DNA of 62,010 nt, counting the filler, from Choristocarpus tenellus KU-1152 (taxonomy: Eukaryota; Protista; Phaeophyceae): assembly GCA_964200185.2 (NCBI GenBank). It is 8 parts of 8 records of this genome, joined end to end, with 100 filler letters (N's around TTAATTAATTAA, not from the genome) between each part and the next. Parts side by side here need not be neighbours in the genome. Positions count along the whole stretch, not along the records: positions 1 to 9,833 come from CAXNAD020003351.1; positions 9,934 to 34,808 come from CAXNAD020000197.1; 6 more parts are not named here. One strand, written 5' to 3'. The notes below the pieces were generated by a model that had not been told where the DNA came from, ran no database searches, and saw only the letters and a list, made by a program, of their open reading frames with translations. This document shows, one piece after another, positions 1 through 12,900 of this stretch (position 1 is the stretch's first letter; each line of letters opens with the position of its first letter). Made by a program: the position numbers and the translations under genes.

Positions 1-658
1 GGGGGTAAGGGGCTTGAAAACCGGGGGGTTGGGGGGCTGGGGGGGGGGTGTGGGGGGTTTGGCCCCAGGGGGGGGGGGGGGGGGGTTGGTCGGGAGGGTG
101 GCCGTACACAACCACAGTACAAGCGCACATTGTCAAGCGGGGGCACGCATGTGGATGCACGAGAAATTTCCTGTTTTTTTTTTTTTTTTTAACATATGAC
201 GGCGTGCGAAGGCAATCTCATGTTTGTTTCTCTACACGAACGATCTTCCCAAATGACTGCACTACGTCGAGGCGATGACCCTCCAACCATCCTACACACA
301 GGCCTCCAGGATCTCCTCCCAGTCAGCTCTTCAGAGTTGACACCACCAACTCGAAGGTACTCAAGGGGGTTGCAGTTCAGTTCCCCGATAGAGTTCATGC
401 AGTACAAACCTACGATGGATGGATGGATGCCACTGAGGCGACACAAAGCAAATTCTCGTTATATATATATTTTTTCTTCTTTTGAGCCACGTGCGTTTGA
501 CGCAGTGCTTTCGAGACAGTAGAGTGCACAGCTGTGGTACAAAAGAGACACGCCGTGGACTAAAAAAAAAAAGGAAAAAAGGAAGAGGTTTTCTGTGCGA
601 CCCGAGGATGTGATGTGATGTGATGCGATGCGATGCGATGCAATGTCATCTGACTTGC

Positions 659-3498
659 CTTGCGCCGTGAAAGGTCTGAGAAGTAGTCCCCTCCATTATC
701 GACAACGAAGGAGTTCCCTCCAGAGTCTAGGAAGAGCTCGTCATAGTAATACCCATGCTCGATTTGTGTGTCATCCCCGTGTGTGAAGAAGCAAGAAGTC
801 TCATCCAAACCTGTATCGGTGACCTGATCGAGTGGCATAATGGGGGAGGAGGGGGAGGCTCGATCAAAATATAGCTGTATCCTCACCATCGAGAACATTG
901 CACTGGTCGGTGAGTGCAATGTTCGGTCTATTTTTTTATCATAAAAAAAAAAACATTGCACTGGTCGGCCGGTGCCTTGGATTTACGTGAATAGGGTGGG
1001 TGATGCATCGAAGAAGTCATATCGGAAGCACATGTAGAGAGGTTGGTGGATGTGTGACCTCTTGTCCTAAGACACGCCTGTACAAGGATATATAGTACTG
1101 GCAAAGAACTGTACTCCGATCCCATGACCACAAAGAAAACACACGAAAAATCGTGGTAGCCGATCCCTACGAAGCCGAACCTCGCACTCAAAAATACAAG
1201 CTACAACAACCAATACCCCCTCATCGCACCTCTCGGGTCTTTCCAATCACTACATATACCACCACCAAATCCTCACATCACTGCTCTGGTTCTCAATAAC
1301 ATTCTGCCGCAAGTCCCATTTGAACAAAAGACACTTACGTAGGAGTCACATTTCGCAGTCACCGTTCTATTCCTCCCCCCCCCCCAAACATTTTGTAATA
1401 CAATCGACCATACTGCTCAGTGGGGATCCCCGCCAGCACCACAGCAGTCCAGAGAATCCTGAATACCGATTGGGTAATGCAAATCTCTCAAGAAAAAGAA
1501 GAAAATGATCTGAGTGTTCTCATGCAACGCAGCTGTTGCAAGCCAAGGTGCGTGCCGCACATCTCTCACGAAAATTACTTTCAACAACAACAAAAAATGG
1601 ATCTTCAAACCCTTTGCGAAGGTGGCGGGGGAGTCAAAGAGAACAGTAGTTGTCTGGGGACACTAAATACTGATCCCCTGCATCAGCCCCTTTGCAAACA
1701 CGGTTCCGTAGGGAAAATGGTTTGGTGAGGGCATTGACCTTTGATTCTTTGCCCCTTGAGCTACCAAATTCATATTTTTCAGATTTGTGTATGTTTCTCA
1801 GAGTGCCTTGATGGTGGTAGAGGAGCAATGTGAGATGAAACAAACTAAAGTCCTTGGAGAAGCAGAGAGGATGCCCCCTTATACAAAAAATTGACAGGGG
1901 GATGTAAGATAGAAACATTGTACAGGCATGAGCCTCGCAAAGATTGGAATGGAGCTAACACTGAGGGGTGCCTTTTTTCTTCTTCTAAGGACCAAGACTC
2001 AAGGATGATTTCTTAATAATACAAATCAGGGTGTCAAGACCAGCAATTGCTGTTGTGCTGTCCAAACATCACCTTCAAACATCTACCCTTAACAATACAA
2101 CTTCAAAAATATATCCACAAAAATTACAGAGGGTAAACCAACAGGGAAAGGGAAAAGTAAACTCCGCGAGAAGATTGGGAAGATAAAGAGAACATAGTAT
2201 GTTCTGTCATTGGTAGCCGTATCCAATCTCACCTGAATCACTTCACCACTACCATCAAGGCCGGCCAATGTCAATGGCTTGTCAGTAATTGTGGCACTCT
2301 GGGTTATTGCGGTGGCAACTGCATTAAGAGTCCGTTTCTGGATCTCAGGAGTCACTCGCACCACCTCCGGCCTGGACAACAGGTACGAAATGAGGCCCAT
2401 AAGGCATGCCATCTGCGAATCTGCGTCCCCCTCCAACCCTATCCCGACATCCCCCAGGCGGGTCCACGGATCCCCACCAGGCAAAAGGTGCTCAAGGCCT
2501 ACTCAAAAACGTCAGGATAGCATACAAGGATACGACCAAGTTAACGCAGGATGGAAGTGGTACAAAGACGAGCACCGGAGGAGGTGCACTGTAAAACGAA
2601 TAGAGTGTTTCTGCACCGTACGAAAATCCATACGTCAACATTAAATCGCGAATACAAGCAGGATAGAGTTCGCACCTGTCAGAACGACATGATTGTCCCT
2701 GACGTTCCGGAACTTGATATTGTTCCACCCACACGTTTGCCCTACGCCCAGTCCTTTCGCAGAGCTCAGGTCATGCACAACCTTAGCTGCTCGGGTCCAT
2801 TCACGAACTTGCACCGTTCCTCCAGGGTGGGCACTATGCATCCCCTCACCGTCGAGCATGGAAGGGTCAGACCAAAAGTTCAACGAGTAGAGGTCGAGGC
2901 TGGGAGAGGCCCAGTCGGCTTGCCATTCCTTGGCGGCATCCGAAGAGAACCCGAGAAGGACCTGCACGTTTAGTCCAACAGTGCCCTCCAGTGCCAAGCT
3001 CTCACCATGGGTTGTGGATAGCCTGATGGACACATCACCACTTTCATTTCCCCCAACAGCACCATGGTTGAGCATTCCAGGAGAAAGCTTCAAGGTCGAA
3101 GGAAATGCCGCAGCGCTAGTGAGGCCGAATGCAGTTGGATCTTCCAGCATTTCCTCAGCAACGGCGGCATGAGCTGAGACCAAAAAGCACACACCGTGCT
3201 CCTTGTTGTGTACAACTTTTCTCACATTTTGAGGCGAGAAGGCTTCATTGAGAATTGACAGCGACTGTTGACCCACCCCGTAATCTGAGCAAGCCAAGTA
3301 CCATCCATCCCAATCACTTTTCTTTAATCGATTCCATTGCCAGTTCGACGCGGCAGCAAAGGCGCCATGGTATCCTCCGAAATCGTTCGCTGCTGTGGTT
3401 GTCAGAGCCTTTTCTATGATGGAGAGGTGAGGATAGTGAGTAGCACAAATAAGTTGGATCCAAGACAGACATGCTGCAGCCGCAAGAACGAACCTCAT
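659..3498 (-). CDS. Secreted subtilisin-like serine protease (S8), 5' part; 3' end not found in this contig
   Basis: Exons 3498-2676, 2498-2233 and 823-659 splice in frame (GT-AG, GT-AG, then a GC donor). N-terminal signal-peptide-like MRFVLAAAACLSWIQLICA. The start of the catalytic domain reads GLDGSGEVIQ|VTDTGLDETSCFF (subtilase catalytic Asp D-T-G motif). Confidence 0.85.
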
Positions 3499-3928
3499 GT
3501 CGACAATTGACCACCCGTCCTCAAGATGAAAATACCCGATACTGAAAGTCTGTACTTAGACCTACAGCACTCTATGTGCCACAGAGACATAGTAAAGGGA
3601 TACGGTAGGGTACTGGAAGCGTGTCTAAGTCAACGTACATCAATATTTTGTCAACAGTACCGTGATATGGGTTACTTATTTTAGAAAACACCCTGGAAAT
3701 ATTTCGATTTTAAATTGTGGGTGCACTAAAGAAAAAACGCCAAAACCACACAGATCTATGAGATCCACTTTTCATCAAACAAGAACTCTTACTTAGCATT
3801 GTGTACGACGAGAGGTTTGGGTAAAAACTGTAGTAATTTTTGTTCAAATATAAACTATTTTTCAGAGACTGTTCACCTTACGATAATTACTACTACTCCT
3901 CTTCTAAACAATTAAAAAAACAGAGGAA
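3499..3928. promoter_or_regulatory. Short AT-rich head-to-head intergenic region (probable bidirectional promoter)
   Basis: About 430 bp separate the divergent ATGs of the subtilase (3498, -) and JmjC (3929, +) genes. Confidence 0.45.
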
Positions 3929-6900
3929 ATGGTGAACCTCATGAACTGTGTTGGTTTACCTGCGTTTTTCTTCAATGCAAGGGGAATAGTTAAAAAACCT
4001 GTCATAGGATATCCTAGATGCTCATCTCTGACCCTGAGCAAGGGCACTGCGAGAAGTTCCTTCAATATTCCCATTCTTGATGCGTCGGAGTTGCTACCCA
4101 TGTGCAACAGGTGATGTCAGTACCCTGTGTTCCTGTGTACAGGGACTGAATATGCATCGATTGAGTAACGAAATAGTGATATTTGTGTCAACTCTATGCA
4201 AATCGTCTTGTGTTCAAGACAAAAGGCAATGTCTTAAATATTCACAGTGGTGCTTGACAATAGAGTGGATGCACACAGGTCGAAGCCAGCTGTTTTGAAG
4301 GGTTCTTGGCCAAACTTCAACTGCGAGGCGTGGTGCAATGCTATGTTGGAGGACTTGGGCGAAACGTCCGTTGATTTTCAGGTTCGCAGGAGCGATGATG
4401 GTAGTACGGAATTGTTCAGCTCGTCGCTTTCGGACTTCCTCGAAGGGCTCCAGGAAGAGAGTACTCATATTGAGAGCTGGTACGATGCCAACATTGGGAC
4501 CACTTTTGCCTTGGCCAGCTTTAGAACCCCATGCACATCTTGGTAGCTACTTTAGGTCATAGTTACAGTAATACAGTGTGTAGTACAATAGTCCACTCAT
4601 TGGTTTAAACGCTTTGGTCACCAACACCAGGTACCTGCTCGATGAGCACATCCTGGATCTGCCACATGCTAGGACTGAACTTCGGACGGGGCTTGATTTG
4701 CCGGAGACACTGCTACTGAAGGATGAGTTCGAGTACTTCCCACCAGAAGTCCGACCACAAAAGCTATGCTTGATTGTTGGGGGGGAAGGGGCACGGTCAT
4801 TTCTTCACAGGTTAGTTTCCCCCTCGTGTAGGTTGTGGAAATGTTTCTTTATGTTGATTCGCTTATGCTTGTTTATGTACCTGTAACCTGCTGCCATTCA
4901 AAGTGGCATTCACGACCTATCTCAAATTCTCCCCACTCTTGTTACACGGATCGAATTACTATGATGAGTGCTGTATCAACGCAACACACTTGCATTTGTT
5001 TCTTATGCACTGCCAGGCGAGTGTGTCACTGCCATGAGTGGGTATGAGTTATTTTACGTGGTTGCATTAAAAATAATATTAGGCTTGGGCGTCACTCTTG
5101 TTGTTCACCCTTCTTTGACAATGAAGGCAACAGTCCAATGAAGACCATGTCATCGTGAACTCTGATAATGATTAGTTTCGTACTTTGAAAGTACTCCAGA
5201 ATAGTTCTAAGGAGGAGTATGTGCGTCTTGCCTACAGTACAAAAGTATATATTTCCTTACATTTGCTGATCATGCACTCTGGTTGGTCACCAGCATAACC
5301 TTACCTCTTTTTGAACAAGCTGATTGGGTTTGACACTATTTCGAAGACATGGCTGCATTTACTGCCTTATTCCATAGGCTGGTCATAACCTGATTTCACA
5401 GGCACTGTCTTTCAGCTTGAGGAATATATGTATTGCCTATTGAGGTCCTAACCAACAGATTGTGCAAAGGCTCACATCGTTATGGGTACCTTGTTGTACT
5501 CCTCCGAGAAGGGAATCTCCTTCTTGGTACATCATTTTACAGATTGGTGTGATTTGGACCTGTCATAATACTGTCTAAAGCTGCTGAATGGTAGTATCTG
5601 GTTAAGAAGCACATGTGTAGCCTGGTTTCTCACTGCATATTCTTTGTGTGAGAGCTGTGAGCTCATAGAAGGTGCAGCAATTTTGATGTCTCACTAATCC
5701 TAGAGTAGTACCCTAACCTAAGAGAATTGAATGTCTTTGATTGCAACAGCAGGATTCGAAATGTTGAGAAACTCACATTATATTCAATAAAAACTTTTCC
5801 TATACTTTTGTCTTTCAAAAATTGACACAACGTTTGCACAGATTGATGCATATTTTACTCCGACACGCCCCAATATCGTTACAATGTAGTATGCTTCGAA
5901 GCACGTTTATAATTTCATATTTCTGGCTCCAGCAAGTGTGGACTTTTATTGCAATTTAGAATTTAAGCAGTGATGCGTTCTTACAATACAGTTGATGAAA
6001 AGGAATATCGTTGTTGGAACCATACTTGTTCTCAATTTAAAATACATCAAAAATGATGTGTGTTTGAACTTGAAAACATACTCTAGAGAGTGAAATTGGG
6101 CCTACAAGATATACTTTCACCCCAGTAGCATTTTGTCAATAGGAAATACAGTCATTCATGATACTTCATCCTTGAGGATGATATGGCGCTAAGTCAGAGA
6201 CTAGACAATAGTTCTTCGAAACTAAGAATGATCACGTGCTCACACAGCCGAAGGGAACTCCTACATACTTATTTTTATTATTATTATTAATACAATCTTG
6301 CATATATCATGGTTTGAAATATAAAGCTTGAAAGTCATGCTATCAATACAATATCTGTGGACCTGTTTGACCTCAAGATGACACATCGCTGCTACGAGAC
6401 AACCATGGGTTGCACAAGAAAGATTTATGTTATCTAGTTCCTTTACAAAATGATTTCATCCAGATGATTCAATTCTTTCTTGCTTGTACTCAATCTTGGG
6501 ATCTATCATCTAGGGGCCACATCCTTAGCCTTAATATCACTGATCAGGGCGAATCAGCGATCCATCAGTGCTCGAGAATTGTACGTTATTATACACTCCA
6601 AGCTAGTGGGTGCACAGTCACACGCTGCAAAACACAGATGCTGGTTTGTAAGAAGCACTTTGTATTATTCCTGTTGGGAAAGTAAGCCTTTCCTGGGGCA
6701 ATAGCACACAAGTGGTCACCGTATCAGTGTACTGCGGTACTTCTTTCCCGGTGCATGTAACTGTTTGATGAGTTGATAAACAGTGCTCATAAGGTCTTCA
6801 ACATCTCGCTAACTGCTGTCAACCGTGGATATTTCTAAGAGAGGGAATGGATGCCTGATCCTTGCGTGATCGAATGGCCTATCTCACCTGTATGCTGCCC

Positions 6901-8168
6901 TCCCTCCCCAAGCAGTGACCCAATGGAATGGACCGGGTGGAATTTATTGCTCGAAGGCCGCAAGCTTTGGACGTTTTTGCCGCCAGAGCCGTCCTTCAAT
7001 ACAGAACTAGGAACCTATCGCCTACCCCCAAATGCCTTTGGCGCCCACAATATTTCTGCAGGCTGGCAAAGCCCAATAGACCTGTATCGCAGGAGGGAGG
7101 ATGGAGGAGAAGTGAAGGCTCAGTGGCCGCATGAGACTGGGGGGGAGGCTGTAATGCCGCGAGCTGTGAGCTTTGTGCAGGAGGCAGGAGATATTGTTTT
7201 TATTCCTCCACGTTTCTGGCACCAGGTACTCGGGGTGCTAAGGCACTGCGCAACTTTCTCTTCTTTTTTTTTGGGGGGGGGGTTGCTATTTACGAGCTAA
7301 TCAAATCCAAATGTAATGGCAACAACGGGCAGGTGCCTTTTTCTTGGCATATATAAGTATAAATATATTGCTGCAAGTGCCCATTGCCTATTTGTAGGAA
7401 ACTCACTTTATGCTACGAAACTGTTGTTTTGGTATTGGTGAAATCCATATTTTCCAATGTGCTCTTTGATCAATAGGGCTTTGCGATAGCTCTGTGTTTT
7501 ATGCTGCTGACTTTTGTTGGTAGCGATTGACACATCGACCTTAGGTACTCCTTTCTACATCCGGATATGAATGTCCTTGTTTGATCAGATTGTGGGAACT
7601 CCCTCCACAGAGTGGGCCCCCACTAGTTGCTCTTCCTCTGTTGTTGCTTTAAACTCCACTACCTTGCGATCTACAGAGTATTGATTTTCAATTGCCACCA
7701 CCTTGTTAATACTTGGGGAGGTTATCCCAAGACCCTTTAGGGCACTTGCAACTCTTGATCCACAATCCATTTCCTTCCGCATTGTTTTCTTGGACATGCT
7801 TCATGTTGTTGCCAAGATTGTTATACCATGAGCAGCATTTAGTAGCTAGTACATCAATGTTAACCATATGCTCAGAACACAATCCATATTACCCCTGAGG
7901 AAACCTTGCCATCCCTCCACAGGTGTACCACTTGGAGCCTTCCATTGCTGTTGCCTCTCAGTTCATGGATGAATATGTCAGGAAAAATGTTTTCAGGCAC
8001 ATTCTAGAATGGACAGGGGCTTGTGAAAATGATCTCTGCCCGGGGTTTTCCAAATTGCCTGTACAAGAGCAAGTCCGGGAGGTGCTGAGGGTCGCTTTTG
8101 TGGCAAGATATGGATCAGTCAAGGGCCTCAGGACTTGGTCAAGCTTGAGCTGGGGACATTGTCTGTGA
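3929..8168 (+). CDS. JmjC/cupin-domain Fe(II)/2-oxoglutarate oxygenase
   Basis: Exons 3929-4110, 4279-4479, 4631-4810, 6916-7225 and 7923-8168 join in frame via GT-AG introns. Motifs: GGEGARSFLH-S-DP (HxD), WNLLLEGRKLWTFLPP, QEAGDIVFIPPRFWHQVYHLE (distal His). The start codon is tentative. Confidence 0.85.
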
Positions 8169-9104
8169 GAATGAGTTCTCCAGGGTAATAGAGACAGTGA
8201 TGGTGTCTGGTGTGAGTTGTGAGACTGAGTCTGAACCTGCTCTGTTGATAGTGTGAGTCTCTCATGGGTGGTGGTAAGAGTACAATTGCGTGCCCTGTTC
8301 TGGCAAGACTAGCCCTTGCCAAACACTCTTGTACCATGTACGTATAGTTGCCCCTGCATGTGTCAGGCACTAGTCGAAGGCAACCAGAATGAAAAGGAAA
8401 TGTGCAGGTTTTTGCAGAGAGCAATAATCACCTTTGTTTTTGTTTTTTCCTAAAGGTGCTTCTATCCCTATCGAGACAATAGTGATTGCCTGCGGAACCC
8501 TGACTGTTACAATGTAAGAGTGTGGTCACTTCAGTAGTTGATGCATTGCTAACTTTGTGGATAACAGTAGTAATACCTTGTTGCTTTTTTGATAGCCTTT
8601 GTGGCAACCAGATGTTTGCCATGACAAGATTATTTGAAACCACTTATGCATTATATGTATGTTACCCCGCGCTGAAAATTTTCTCCAGCTGTCAACTGCT
8701 GGAGGAGTGCTTAATAATTATCGGTATCTATTCAACCTCATCATATAAAAAGACTAGGCTCAACTCTCTCCTATCCTAAGTAGCAAGTTACCTATGGCCT
8801 TCCAGTCACTATCTGCTGCTGTAGAGGACAAGTGATGCATTTGTTTATGTTGAACAAGACGTGCAATTCCCGCCTATTGCTTTCAAACTAGCACCACCCA
8901 ACTCCAGCAAAGGTCATTGTTCAGGTGGCTAAATTTACCACCCACCGAAATCATCTCAGAAATGCAGCTTTCCCACCAATGTTTGGTTACCACTCGAGAG
9001 TATATGCTACCTATGAATGAAAATGGGTATGCCGAAACATGTGGGGAGTACATGTCATGATGCTGGGTGCTCTGAAGCTAAGTGGAGCACTTTTTTGTCC
9101 TCAG

Positions 9105-9825
9105 AATATAGAGAACGTCCAGGAGTGTAGGGGAAAGCTGAAGCTGCGAGCCTGTGAGAGTGCTACACCTGAGACAGACTCTCCTGCAACCGATTTTGAA
9201 TCTTCTTTGGAAGCAGTTGCATATGAATTGTTTGGGAGGCTATGAAGTACACCAGAGAGCGTGTGGATTAACCCACTGCCAAGGAAGTAGCAGCACGTGG
9301 AAGCTAGAGTGCTGGAGATAGACAGGAACATTGGCGGAGCTGAGGAGGCAAAGGGGGTGGATTGGGGAGGTAGGGGACTGGGGGGTGGTGGCTTGATGTT
9401 TAGACTTCGTGAGAGGTTGGCAGACTGTGTTGCCTGCAACACCTCTGGGTACTCCAGGAGTAATGGAATGTGAAGAGGAAGGCAGTCAGCCAGAAACAGG
9501 CAATGGGGTTACACAGGGAAGAATTGGCATCTCTGTGGCAGAAACAGCGCGTTTACTCAGTAGGCTGACCCTTCATCCTCTTGTGGCACACCTTACTTCT
9601 ATCACAAACCAAAACAAAGCTGTCATTTGCTTTCCAGCTGATGGTAGATGCGAGTTTCTATCTCCACCATGGCCAAATGAAGGAGCTAGGGATGAATGTG
9701 GGAATGCTACAATTCTTGGAGCAGATGTTGCAGGGCCATGTGGCAGTTCCAGAGTGAGTGTTGAGATGGGGGTAGGGGTAGGGGGTGGTGCAGGGCCACG
9801 CAGCTACTGGTACAAGGAGTCGTAG
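9105..9825 (+). pseudogene. Probable disrupted coding exon of unknown family
   Basis: After the acceptor-like ttttttgtcctcag the frame reads NIENVQEC...AYELFGRL*(9243)STPESVWINPLPRK*(9288)QHVEARVLEIDRNIGG...LRERLADCVAC. It then shifts frame into ...ETARLLSRLTLHPLVAHL... Coding-like composition continues across both stops. Confidence 0.45.
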
Positions 9826-9833
9826 TGTTACAG

Positions 9834-9933
9834 NNNNNNNNNNNNNNNNNNNNNNNNNNNNNNNNNNNNNNNNNNNNTTAATTAATTAANNNNNNNNNNN
9901 NNNNNNNNNNNNNNNNNNNNNNNNNNNNNNNNN
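9834..9933. other. Artificial contig linker
   Basis: 44 N + TTAATTAATTAA (stops in six frames) + 44 N. Confidence 0.98.
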
Positions 9934-12900
9934 TGCACTGCAAGCGCAACCGTGGTATTCAGGGACACTTGGGCACCCTTCTTACGCAGGAGGGTTGATG
10001 GGGGTGTTGCCATACCGACTTTCTGACCCTTGACGTGCCCAGTTCTGGCCTCAAAACCACCCCAAAAGACCCCTACTTTCACGGCTTGAAGCACCACGAC
10101 TTTGTACCTGATGATCCTCAACCCTCATCTTTTCTGAAAGCTGAGATTGTCAACCCTATTTCATTGTGTGGGGAAATCACCCAATTCGGCGCTGTTCTCG
10201 CTCGGCGATCTCAAATGTTTCCTGGCACAAACTTCTGGTATAGATGTAGTATACAATTATTTTGGACTACTTTTATTTGTTGCTCATTTCAAAATTTGCT
10301 GCATACATACTCTGCTCTGCAATTTTGCTTATCAATTACAACATTTTTTTGGATAGTTGACTACTTTTAATGCAGTCTGATTATATGCAAACAAACGAGG
10401 CTTCTTACAGATTTGATCTTGTACAGATAATAAAGGGCACAATCCAAACTGCAAATCGGATACTTCTAAACAAGATCATGTTTCAGTTTTCTAAAAATTG
10501 TGGAGTCTATAAATTCATTATTATTTTACATGAAGTTATCATTTACACAAATAAATGTTTGGTTTGTACGTTTATAGCAAACACGTACTTTTACAATATA
10601 CAAATTGGGGTTACGAATGATTTGACATCCATTAACACCTGAACATTGAAGTTGGACTTGTTGCATGTATGTTTTCCTCCCATACGGGTATTTTTCATTT
10701 TGAAGCACATTTGACAACCAACAAATGCTACGATTGTCCTATGACAAGGGATCACTTAATATGCCATGTGATAGGCCTATGACATGGTGATCATTAAACG
10801 TATTTTGAAAAAATGCTTATTTGCATATAATATGATACCAGCATATGAATATTGTTTAGTGCTTGTTGCAAGTCGAAATGAATTATGAACTCAAAATGAA
10901 ACAAACTTGAAATCAATTGAATTGAAGCTTGCACGCATCACTATGGCAAGGCTGTAGGAGGGCCCCTGACTGGTACCAGACCTTGCATAGAACCTTCGTT
11001 TTCAACTCATTTATGTGATCTTTCTCCACTATAGGGCACCATCTCCCGTCATATCTGACACAGAGTGTTCACCCTGTTATAATTGAGAAAGACTGGAGGG
11101 TTATACAAAGGGATACCTTCCAGGTTGATCCCCAAAGTGGGAAGAGGCTTCAGGCACATTCACAGTCATGGAGATACACAATACACTAGGTCAAACCCAT
11201 TTCAAATTCAACAAGGGCTTGTGGTAAGCAGGGCATCACAAATGTGTGGCTGGCTGCTTGCTTTTGTTAGATATAATGACTGGAACTAGACCTTGAACCT
11301 CAAATTGTTAAGAAAAATTTTGGAAGGGAGTAACAACAAAATGGTCAATTATTGGATCCTAATAGTAACCATATCGGAAGTAAAAGAATTAATTCGACTG
11401 ATTGAACCATTCCAATTCACAATACAGGAAAATATCTTTACTTTGTATTGCATCAACTACGAAAGAAATATTGACATTTGATATGGTGGTACTGGTTTCA
11501 TGCTTGAAGTTATACAGACATTCACTGAAAGTATGTCTTGACACCCTCAGAGGTGAAACTGAATCCAAGGTTCACTCTCTGCACTGCAATATCCAGACTT
11601 CTAGTTGAAGTGTGATAAACCAGGATTTCATGCCTAACCCCAATAATGCCAGCTGCTACTATGGAGGCTCTGATGGGGGGAACTTCTTCACCTGCGTGAC
11701 TCCTTGTACCTTCTTAAATTCCTCAACACCCATTTAGAATCCTATTTGAGGCAGCTCTGTTTTGATGACCTCAGAGGACTTCTCTTGTCAATTTGTGGGG
11801 GAGTTTGAACACCCACTCAGGCTAAAAATGGCTTCAACTCTTCAGTTTGGGGTGATGTCATGTTCCATTGCTCTCACTTATCTTGTACTTCCCACACATA
11901 AATTCAAGGATTACATCCTCACCAAGTGTCACGTCATACCTACTGAGGCAATGAAGCATATCAAACTCCCACCTAACAGATGTGCTATCAAACTACATTT
12001 TGTGAAGAGGTAAGATGTATCTCTTCTGCATTTCACTGCCCAAGACACACACTCTCAGTTGATAGAAAGTACTTCAATCTCAAAGATCAAGGTTGAGTTG
12101 GGCATGATGCCCCATGCTGGAAACCTGGGTTAGGGACAAGGTCAAGGTCAGGAATAGGGCAAGATGGAGGCATCTCACAATTGTACATAAGGGGAGTGCA
12201 ATCTTGTGAAGGGATAGAGTTAGTTTTACGGTACTTGTAACCACAACATCTGGTTGGACTTGATATGATGAAGGTTGTGTCACACAGGTAGTTTGTGTAG
12301 GGGGAGGTGGGGGTGATCACCCGGCCGATGCTTGAAATTGTATTTGAGTAGTACTAACCTTGATACTAAAAAGAACAGAAGACATGTTTTGGTTTCAGAG
12401 AAGGTTTCCCTCAATCCAATGAAGGGTAAAAAATCAATTCCCTATTCTTGAGCTGGAGTAGATCACAATAAAGGCGAGGTTTGACTGTAGACAGGGGAGT
12501 TGAGGGTATCCAAGAATAGTAGAGGGGGACATGAAGACACAATACCAAGATTAACATTCCTTGGATGTGAGTGTATGTGTCAAGTACAAACTGAACTCAT
12601 TGAACTCCATCACTCCGACCCAACCATGAAACAAGAACTTTGTGTATTCATGTGACTAAATACATCCAATGCTCCCAAATTTGACAACACATCTGAATTG
12701 TACAGGTCTTTGCAGTGGGGTGCTTTTTGAGATTGAAGAGATGTGTTTCAGGTTCTCATGTTTGAAGACCTACTAAATTCAACCAAGGTCAACCTAGGGG
12801 TTTTGAGGGGCATTGATGATAACAGTGGTAATGATGCGGCTGTAAATTGTTCTTGCTAAAGGTTAGGGATTTCAATAGTCCAATACATCACAAAAGATTA

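Noticed and set aside
1-100. G-run tract and Gly-rich ORFs
   Set aside because: Low-complexity sequence at the window edge. G-quadruplex potential only, with no coding evidence.
189-446. Possible next subtilase exon
   Set aside because: No frame shows recognisable subtilase motifs such as the catalytic His region.
9834-9933. TTAATTAATTAA within N runs, recurring seven times
   Set aside because: Identical 100-nt artificial linker. Adjacency across linkers carries no biological meaning.
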